Assembly: GCA_035532715.1 (NCBI GenBank)
Contig: DATKQO010000305.1
Coordinates: 1-38,878 of the forward strand
DNA from: Gaiellaceae bacterium
GTDB lineage: Bacteria; Actinomycetota; Thermoleophilia; Gaiellales; Gaiellaceae
Direction of reading: 5' to 3'
DNA: 38,878 bases
A model generated the notes under the pieces. That model was given only the letters and a program-made list of their open reading frames with translations, made no database searches and had not been told where the DNA came from. Shown here piece after piece: positions 32,834 to 38,878 of this stretch (its first letter is position 1; every line of letters begins with the position of its first letter). Position numbers and translations under genes: made by a program.

Positions 32834-34099
32834 GTGGCCAGGCAGTACTTCGGCACCGACGGCGTGAGAGGCATCGTCGGCGAGTTCGTGACGGTCGAGC
32901 TCGTGGAGCGGCTCGGCAAGGCGTCGGCCCTCTGGTCGGGCGGCGGCCGCGTGTTCGTCGGTCGCGACACGCGCTCCTCCGGCGAAGAGCTCGAGGAGGC
33001 GTTCGCCCGCGGTGTCGTCTCCGCCGGTGGCGCCGCAGTGCTCGCGGGTGTCGTCCCGACGCCCGCCGTGGCGTTGCTCAGGCTCGATCTCGGTGTCGTC
33101 ATCTCGGCGTCGCACAATCCGCCCGAGTACAACGGCGTGAAGTTCTTCGACCGCAACGGCCGGAAGCTCACGGATGCGGCGGAAGAGGAGATCGAGGCGT
33201 TGCTCGACGCACCCGTGCGCGGCGGCGGCGAGATCGACCGCGTCGACATCGCGGCCGAGAGCTATCTCGATCACGTGGTCGAGCGCTTCGGCACCGATCT
33301 CGGTGGCTTGCGCATCGCGGTCGACTGTGCGAACGGCGCGTATGCCGGTCTCGCACCTCGCGCGTTCGAGCGGCTCGGCGCGGAGATCGAGACGATCGGC
33401 GACGCACCGAACGGCGAGAACATCAACGTCGGTTGCGGCGCAACGGACCTCGGCGCTCTGCAACGGCTCGTGCGAGAGCGCAACTTCGACATGGGTGTCG
33501 CGTTCGACGGCGACGGCGACAGGATGCTCGCGGTGGACGAGCACGGCGAGATCGTCGACGGCGACCAGATCATCGCGGTGCTTGCGCTTCATCTCGGCGT
33601 CGACCTCGTCGCTGTCACGACGATGGCGAATCTCGGGTTCCATCGGCTGATGGAGGAGCGCGGCATCCGCGTCGTGACGACTGATGTCGGAGACCGGTAC
33701 GTGCTCGAAGCGCTCTACCGCGAGGGTGGGATCCTCGGCGGCGAGCAGTCAGGTCACGTCATCTGCCTTCGCGATCACGTCACCGGGGACGGGCTTGCGT
33801 CCGCGCTGCTTCTCTGTGCCGCCGCGCGCGGGCGGACGCTGTCGGAGGCGGTGGCCGTGATGGAGCGCCTGCCCCAGGCGAAGCGCAACGTGCCACGCGC
33901 GGGCCGCGGGCCGCTGCCGCAGTCTCTGCTCGACGCACTGGCGCAGGTGAACGCCGGCCTCGACGGAGACGGGCGCGTGCTCGTGCGTCCGTCGGGCACA
34001 GAGCCCGTCGTTCGGGTGCTCGCCGAGGCGCAGAGCGAGCCTGAGGCGGAGGCCCTCTGTGCTAGGATCGCGTCGTTCGTGAGGCAAGAGCTCGGCTGA
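32834..34099 (+). CDS. glmM: phosphoglucosamine mutase
   Basis: YFGTDGVRG, the active-site ISASHNPPEYNGVKF, FDGDGDRM, and GGEQSGH. I chose GTG 32834 because GlmM proteins start 3-5 aa before YFGTDG and a TAGTGT box lies 8 nt upstream. Upstream in-frame GTGs at 32822 and 32768 are possible. Confidence 0.9.
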   Translation: MARQYFGTDGVRGIVGEFVTVELVERLGKASALWSGGGRVFVGRDTRSSGEELEEAFARGVVSAGGAAVLAGVVPTPAVALLRLDLGVVISASHNPPEYNGVKFFDRNGRKLTDAAEEEIEALLDAPVRGGGEIDRVDIAAESYLDHVVERFGTDLGGLRIAVDCANGAYAGLAPRAFERLGAEIETIGDAPNGENINVGCGATDLGALQRLVRERNFDMGVAFDGDGDRMLAVDEHGEIVDGDQIIAVLALHLGVDLVAVTTMANLGFHRLMEERGIRVVTTDVGDRYVLEALYREGGILGGEQSGHVICLRDHVTGDGLASALLLCAAARGRTLSEAVAVMERLPQAKRNVPRAGRGPLPQSLLDALAQVNAGLDGDGRVLVRPSGTEPVVRVLAEAQSEPEAEALCARIASFVRQELG

Positions 34100-34190
34100 C
34101 CGGACCGCGACGATGCGGCGCGGTCACGTAGCCGGGCTCATCGCGTTTCCGGGCTGGTTTTTCGCGGGTCCCGAGGGAAGAAGGGCGCAA

Positions 34191-36017
34191 ATGTGCGGGA
34201 TCATCGGATATGTCGGAGCGAGAGAGGCGAAGCCGCTCCTGCTCCAGGGATTGCGCCGGCTCGAATATCGCGGCTACGACTCGGCTGGGATCGCGCTGGG
34301 CGAGGCCGACCGTCTCGACTACGTGCGCTCGGTCGGGAATCTGCAGAACCTCGTCGCAGCTGCGGACTCGAACGGATCCGTTGCACGTCACGGTGTCGGG
34401 CACACGCGCTGGGCGACGCACGGCGGCGTCACGGAGGCGAATGCGCACCCGCTGACCGGTTGTGACGCGACGAAGGTCGCGATCGTCCTCAACGGGATCG
34501 TCGAGAACTACCGCGAGCTCAAGGCCCAGCTTCTCGAAGAAGGGCACACGTTCACGTCCGAGACCGACGCCGAAGTGGTGGTGCACCTGCTCGAGCGCGA
34601 ATACGACGGTGATCTCACGCAGGCCGTCAGCCGCGTGTATCCGCTGCTCGAAGGCCACTTCACGATCGTCGCGATCCATCACGATCATCCCGACCTGCTC
34701 GTCGGCGTCCGCTGCGAGACGCCACTCGTCGTCGGACTCGGCGACGGCGAGAACTTCCTCGCGTCGAACGTCGCCGCGTTTCTCAGCGAGACTCGCCGCG
34801 CAGTGTTTCCCGACGACGCGGAAGTCGTCGAGATCACCCCGGGCGGTGTCCGCTTTTTCCGCGACGGCGTCGAAGTCGACCACCCCGAGGTGAAGGAGCT
34901 CGACTGGGACGACGAGGAGGCGGAGAAGGGCGGCTACGAGACGTTCATGCTCAAGGAGATCTACGAGCAGCCGGAGGCGGTACGCGAGACGATCGGCGAT
35001 CGCGTCCGCGGCCATCAGCTGATGCTCGAGGCGCTCGGCCTGACGGAGCTGGAGGTGCGCAATCTGCGGCGCATCGTCATCGTCGCTGCGGGTACGTCGT
35101 ACCACGCCGGCGTCGTCGGCCGCTACATCATCGAGGAGTGGGCGCGTGTCCCGGTCGAGCCCGATATCGCGAGCGAATGGATCTACCGCAATCCTGTGCT
35201 GTCGAAGGACACGCTCGTCATCGGGGTCTCGCAGTCGGGCGAGTCGCGCGACACCATCAATGCCGTGAAGCTTGCGCGCGAGCGAGGCGCGCGCACGCTC
35301 GCGATCACCAACATGATGGGCACGCAGATCACGCGCGAAGTCGACGCGACGCTGTATACGCGCTGCGGCATCGAGATCGGCGTCGCCGCGTCGAAGACGT
35401 TCACCGCGCAGGTCGCGCTGCTCAGCCTGCTCGCGCTGCGTCTTGCCGAGATCAGGCGGACGCTGCCGCAGGAGGAGATCGACTTCATCCTCGACAGGCT
35501 GCACGAGCTGCCCGACAAGATGGCGCAGTTCCTCGACGGCGACCACCCGATCGACTCGATCGCGCAGCGGTTCTACGACAAGCAGTTCTTCCTCTACCTC
35601 GGGCGGCACATCGGACTTCCGGTCGCGCTCGAGGGCGCGTTGAAGCTCAAGGAGATCTCGTACATCCCGACCGACGCGTACTCCGCCGGCGAGATGAAGC
35701 ACGGCCCGATCGCGATGCTCGACGAGGGCACCCCTGTCGTTGTCGTCGCGACGAACATCCACGTCTACGAGAAGATCGTCTCGAACATCCAGGAGACGCG
35801 CGCGCGCGGTGCGCACGTGATCGCGATCGCGACCGACGGCAACGAGGACATCCAGCACCACGCGGACGACGTGATCTTCGTCCCGCGCACGCCCGCGTTC
35901 CTGCAGGCGGCGCTCGCGGTCGTGCCGCTCCAGCTCCTCGCCTACCGGATCGCCCGGCTGCGCGGGCTGAACGTCGACCAGCCGCGCAACCTCGCAAAGA
36001 CCGTCACCGTCGAGTAG
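34191..36017 (+). CDS. glmS: glutamine--fructose-6-phosphate aminotransferase (isomerising)
   Basis: MCGIIGY N-terminal nucleophile, two SIS domains, and the C-terminal DQPRNLAKTVTVE. Confidence 0.96.
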   Translation: MCGIIGYVGAREAKPLLLQGLRRLEYRGYDSAGIALGEADRLDYVRSVGNLQNLVAAADSNGSVARHGVGHTRWATHGGVTEANAHPLTGCDATKVAIVLNGIVENYRELKAQLLEEGHTFTSETDAEVVVHLLEREYDGDLTQAVSRVYPLLEGHFTIVAIHHDHPDLLVGVRCETPLVVGLGDGENFLASNVAAFLSETRRAVFPDDAEVVEITPGGVRFFRDGVEVDHPEVKELDWDDEEAEKGGYETFMLKEIYEQPEAVRETIGDRVRGHQLMLEALGLTELEVRNLRRIVIVAAGTSYHAGVVGRYIIEEWARVPVEPDIASEWIYRNPVLSKDTLVIGVSQSGESRDTINAVKLARERGARTLAITNMMGTQITREVDATLYTRCGIEIGVAASKTFTAQVALLSLLALRLAEIRRTLPQEEIDFILDRLHELPDKMAQFLDGDHPIDSIAQRFYDKQFFLYLGRHIGLPVALEGALKLKEISYIPTDAYSAGEMKHGPIAMLDEGTPVVVVATNIHVYEKIVSNIQETRARGAHVIAIATDGNEDIQHHADDVIFVPRTPAFLQAALAVVPLQLLAYRIARLRGLNVDQPRNLAKTVTVE

Positions 36018-36089
36018 AGCCTCCCCCTGGTGGCGCCGGCGCGAACCCGCGCGGCGCGACCCTTCCAACGCCTCGTAGGGCCACCGTCC

Positions 36090-36113
36090 GGTGGCAGGCA
36101 CGAGACATGGCCG
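36090..36113. repeat. copy A of a 24-nt direct repeat (GGTGGCAGGCACGAGACATGGCCG)
   Basis: 21/24 identical to copy B, which lies 94 bp downstream. Both are preceded by a CCTTC..ACGCCT motif. Confidence 0.6.
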
Positions 36114-36183
36114 CGCGGGTCACCCGGGTCGCGTGTTCCCGACGTGAGGGGCCCGAACGGACGTGTTTCCTTCTCCCACGCCT

Positions 36184-36207
36184 GGTGACAGTCACGAGAC
36201 GTGGCCG
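36184..36207. repeat. copy B of a 24-nt direct repeat (GGTGACAGTCACGAGACGTGGCCG), containing palindromes GTGACaGTCAC and CACGagaCGTG
   Basis: Aligned by eye against copy A. Confidence 0.6.
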
Positions 36208-36228
36208 TTCGAGCGCACGCCCGCCGCA

Positions 36229-36244
36229 GAACGCCGCGGCGTTC
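36229..36244. terminator. 16-nt perfect palindrome GAACGCCGCGGCGTTC overlapping the arfB stop codon; candidate bidirectional terminator hairpin
   Basis: The sequence equals its reverse complement. It sits at the end of the convergent glmS/arfB spacer. Confidence 0.4.
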
Positions 36245-36656
36245 AGTCGCCGGGCGGGCGGCGCAGCTTCTTCGTCTCACCGCGCCGCTTCTTCTCGTCG
36301 AGCCGGCGCCGGCGCGCGGCCGCTGTCGGCTTCGTCGGCGTCCGGTGCCGGGGCACCCGCAGCGCCTCGCGCAACGCGCCGACGACCCGTTCGACCGCCA
36401 GCTCCTTGTTTCGGAGCTGGCTCCGCTCGTCCTGGGCGACCGCCCGCAGCACCGGCCCCGCCTTCGCGATCACCCGGCGCTTCTGGGAGTCGGAGAGCGC
36501 CGCCGACGCCGCCACGTCGAAGATCGCCTCGACCCGGGTCTCGGACTTCTGCGCGTGCTGGCCGCCCGGCCCGCTCGAGCGCGACGTCCGGAGCCGGATC
36601 TCGCCGGGCGGCACGACGACCGTGCGCGTGACGCGAATAGACTCGGAAGCGTCCAT
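36243..36656 (-). CDS. arfB: alternative ribosome-rescue factor ArfB (peptidyl-tRNA hydrolase, GGQ domain)
   Basis: ATG 36656 inside ORF 36243..37028. IRVTRTVVVPPGEIRLRTSRSSGPGGQHAQKSETRVE aligns with E. coli ArfB/YaeJ from memory. Basic tail RRRRLDEKKRRGETKKLRR. Confidence 0.85.
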   Translation of the reverse strand: MDASESIRVTRTVVVPPGEIRLRTSRSSGPGGQHAQKSETRVEAIFDVAASAALSDSQKRRVIAKAGPVLRAVAQDERSQLRNKELAVERVVGALREALRVPRHRTPTKPTAAARRRRLDEKKRRGETKKLRRPPGD

Positions 36657-37431
36657 GGCGGCGATTCTCCTCGACGTCGACGGGGTCCTGCACGTCTCCG
36701 GCGAACCGATACCCGGCGCTTGCGAAGCGGTGGGGCGTTTGCGCGAGAACGGGCACCGGCTCCGCTTCGTCACGAACACGACCACGCGCTCCCGCGCCCA
36801 GCTCGTCGCGGAGCTCGCCGGGCTCGGCCTGGACGTCGCCGACGACGAGATCCAGACCGTAGCGGCAGCGGCCGTCGAGGCGCTGAAGGGCAAGCGCGTG
36901 CTCGCCCTGACGATGCACGCGATCGTCGGCGATCTCGAGGGGATCGAGCTCGTCGGCGACAACGCGGACGCCGTCCTGCTCGGCGGTGCGGACGAGACGC
37001 CGGAGACGAACCTCGTCTTCTCGTACATGAATCTTGCGCGCGCGTTCGCGGAACTCGAGCTCGGCGCGGAGCTCTACTGCCTGCACCGCAACCGGTGGTG
37101 GCAGACGAAGCACGGCCCGCAGTTCGACGCAGGTGCGTATGTCGCCGGCCTCGAGTACGCGGCCGGCGTCGAGGCGGTCGTGCTCGGAAAGCCCAGCCCG
37201 TCGTACTTCGCCTCCGCCTGCAAGGCGCTCGACGCGGACCCGCACATGGCGTGGATGGTGGGCGACGATCTCGAGAGCGATGTCGCCGGCGCGCAGGGCG
37301 TGGGAATGAAGACGGTGCTCGTCCGCACCGGAAAGTTCCGCCCCGACGCGGTCGAGCGTGCGCGCACTCAGCCCGACGGCATCATTTCGTCGATCGGGAA
37401 CCTCCCCGAGTGGATCGAGGAGCACCTGTGA
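36655..37431 (+). CDS. HAD-IIA family hydrolase (NagD/LHPP-like phosphatase)
   Basis: ATG 36655 gives MAAILLDVDGVLH (motif I DxDG), then FVTNTTT, GKPSP, and MVGDDLESDVAGAQGVG. No downstream start exists before motif I. Confidence 0.8.
   Translation: MAAILLDVDGVLHVSGEPIPGACEAVGRLRENGHRLRFVTNTTTRSRAQLVAELAGLGLDVADDEIQTVAAAAVEALKGKRVLALTMHAIVGDLEGIELVGDNADAVLLGGADETPETNLVFSYMNLARAFAELELGAELYCLHRNRWWQTKHGPQFDAGAYVAGLEYAAGVEAVVLGKPSPSYFASACKALDADPHMAWMVGDDLESDVAGAQGVGMKTVLVRTGKFRPDAVERARTQPDGIISSIGNLPEWIEEHL
36664..36669 (-). promoter_or_regulatory. putative -10-like box GAGAAT, 7 nt upstream of arfB ATG 36656, lying inside the divergent HAD gene
   Basis: The minus strand reads gagGAGAATcgccgccATG. 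It shares the 11-mer AGAATCGCCGC with the murI upstream region. Confidence 0.35.
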
Positions 37432-37796
37432 TCCGCGTCGGCACCGATCTGATCGAGATCACGCGGATCCGCCGGTCGCTCGAGCGCTACGCGACGTTCC
37501 GCGACCGTTGCTTCACGGAGGCGGAGCAGGCGTACTGCGACTCGCGCCCGAACCCCGCGGAGAGCTATGCCGGCCGCTTCGCCGGCAAGGAGGCGGTCGG
37601 CAAGGCGCTCGGGTTCGGCGTGGCCCGCGCCTTCGCCTGGAAGGACATCGAGATCGTCGGGAGGCCGAAGCCGTCCGTCCGCCTCTCCGGCCGCGTGGCG
37701 GCCTGGGCGGAGCGGGTCGGCGCAGGGCCGGTCGATCTGTCGATGACGCACTCGCGGGAGCTCGCGCAGGCGGTTGCCGTCGTCAGCGATGGCTGA
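37428..37796 (+). CDS. acpS: holo-[acyl-carrier-protein] synthase
   Basis: GTG 37428 (GTGA overlap). IRVGTDLIEITRI, FTEAEQAYC, RFAGKEAVGKAL, and SMTHSRELAQAVAVV. Confidence 0.88.
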   Translation: MIRVGTDLIEITRIRRSLERYATFRDRCFTEAEQAYCDSRPNPAESYAGRFAGKEAVGKALGFGVARAFAWKDIEIVGRPKPSVRLSGRVAAWAERVGAGPVDLSMTHSRELAQAVAVVSDG

Positions 37797-38878
37797 GCTC
37801 GAGAGCCTCTACACCGCCGCCGAGATGCGTGCCGCAGAGGCGCGTCACCCGGGCTATCCGGGCACCGCGCCCGAGTTGATGGAGCGCGCCGGCTCGCAGG
37901 CCGCGCAGATCGCGCTGCAGAGCTTCCCGGGCGCGCAGCGGTGGACGGTGGTCTGCGGCGGCGGCTCGAACGGCGGTGACGGGCGGATCGCCGCCGGCCT
38001 GCTCGAGGCGGCGGGGAAGGACGTTCGCATCGTCGACGCGACGGCGGGGGAGCGCGAGCTCGGCGATCCGGACGTGATCGTGGACGCCCTGTTCGGCACC
38101 GGCTTCGCGGGCGAGCCCCGCGCCGACGCGTCCGCGCTGATCGAGCGCGTCAACGCCTCCCCGGCCCGTGTTCTCGCGATCGATCTGCCTTCCGGCGTCG
38201 ACGCATCGAGCGGCGAGGTCGCGGGCGTCGCGGTGAAGGCCGACGAGACGGTCACCTTCCACGGGCCGAAGGTCGGTCTCGTCGTCGCGCCCGGGCGTTT
38301 CCACAGCGGGATCGTCCATATCGTCGACATCGGCCTCGATTCGCTCGAGACCGAGCACAGGCTCGTCTCTGCCGACGTGCTGCGGTCGGTTCGTCGGCGG
38401 CACGAGGGCGACAACAAGTACACGGCGGGCCACGTGCTCGTCGTCGGCGGATCCCGCGGGCTCACCGGTGCGCCGTCGCTCAGCGCGCTCGCCGCCATGC
38501 GCGCGGATGCCGGCTACGTCACCGTCGCCGTGCCCGAGTCGACGCTGCCGGTCTTCGAGCAGCGGCTGCTCGAGGCGGTGAAGCGGCCGCTGCCCGACGA
38601 GGGAGGTCTCGTCGCGCGCGGCGCGGCCGACCACGTGCTCGACCTCGCGCGCAGGGCCTCCGCTGTCGCCCTCGGTCCCGGCCTCGGCCGGGGAGCAGGC
38701 CCGCACGAGCTCGTCCGCCGCGTGCTCGCCGAGGTCGCCCTCCCGATGGTGGTCGACGCGGATGCGCTCTTCGAGCTCGAGCCGGGCGACTGGCCGGCAC
38801 CGCGCGTTCTGACCCCGCACGAGGGCGAGCTTGCGCGCCTGCTGGATCGCGAGGCGAAGGACGTCGCCGCCCACCGCG
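37789..38878 (+). CDS. nnr: bifunctional NAD(P)H-hydrate repair enzyme Nnr (epimerase + ADP-dependent dehydratase), 3'-truncated by window end
   Basis: My own translation from ATG 37789, which overlaps the acpS end by 8 nt: MAELESLYTAAEMRAAE ... WTVVCGGGSNGGDGRIAA (YjeF-N), then KYTAGHVLVVGGSRGLTGAPSLSALAAMRADAGYVTVA (carbohydrate-kinase-like YjeF-C). It is not in the ORF track because there is no stop before 38878. Confidence 0.85.
   Translation, partial: MAELESLYTAAEMRAAEARHPGYPGTAPELMERAGSQAAQIALQSFPGAQRWTVVCGGGSNGGDGRIAAGLLEAAGKDVRIVDATAGERELGDPDVIVDALFGTGFAGEPRADASALIERVNASPARVLAIDLPSGVDASSGEVAGVAVKADETVTFHGPKVGLVVAPGRFHSGIVHIVDIGLDSLETEHRLVSADVLRSVRRRHEGDNKYTAGHVLVVGGSRGLTGAPSLSALAAMRADAGYVTVAVPESTLPVFEQRLLEAVKRPLPDEGGLVARGAADHVLDLARRASAVALGPGLGRGAGPHELVRRVLAEVALPMVVDADALFELEPGDWPAPRVLTPHEGELARLLDREAKDVAAHR

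Noticed and set aside
34100-34190. A possible glmS ribozyme upstream of glmS.
   Set aside because: Only 91 nt separate glmM and glmS, which is too short for the ~170-nt ribozyme core. I could not see its conserved core. The ribozyme is mainly a Firmicutes/Deinococcus feature.
34062-36101. A 679-aa minus-strand ORF, the longest in the window.
   Set aside because: It lies exactly antisense to glmS, whose identity is unambiguous. Its product is Arg/Asp/Leu-rich with no recognisable motif. This is typical of stop-codon-poor reverse frames in very GC-rich DNA.
36163-36654. Long plus-strand ORFs (36163 and 36201) that would extend the HAD gene upstream.
   Set aside because: They would run antisense through all of arfB with Arg/Pro-rich translation. 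HAD motif I sits 6 residues after ATG 36655, the normal position.

Overview
This is a 38.9-kb, very GC-rich, gene-dense chromosomal segment. I call 47 protein-coding genes, two of them cut by the window edges. I found no rRNA, tRNA, CRISPR array, transposase, integrase or phage gene. Most long reverse-frame ORFs in the track are Arg/Pro-rich GC artefacts lying antisense to recognisable genes.

Content is mainly core metabolism, and the synteny is typical of high-GC Gram-positive (Actinomycetota-like) chromosomes:
- fabL-like SDR
- A homogentisate/tyrosine catabolic cluster (hppD, hmgA, FAH-like)
- An alkA-GNAT-GST-rhodanese operon
- murI-rph-mgtC-rdgB
- pyrE-hup-pyrF
- guaB-guaA
- rplM-rpsI-glmM-glmS
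- arfB
- HAD-acpS-nnr

I do not see a clear defence-type or mobile novel system. The observations most worth a second look are:
1. About fourteen genes carry a TANNNT box 6-8 nt upstream of the start codon with no Shine-Dalgarno. This points to pervasive leaderless transcription. It includes divergent genes with overlapping start codons and TAG stop codons that double as -10 boxes.
2. A cation-diffusion-facilitator transporter with a triplicated cytoplasmic C-terminal domain sits inside the homogentisate cluster, next to a DUF2071 protein and a FAH-fold protein that seems to lack its catalytic Glu pair.
3. A membrane-fused spermidine-synthase-like protein is coupled to a secreted TIM-barrel hydrolase-like protein.
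4. A duplicated ~24-nt element lies in the 225-bp convergent spacer between glmS and arfB and may be an sRNA or an operator pair.
5. A secreted cupredoxin-like protein has an unusual C-x3-C-x3-M ligand loop.

All functional calls rest on motif recognition by eye and need HMM or BLAST confirmation.
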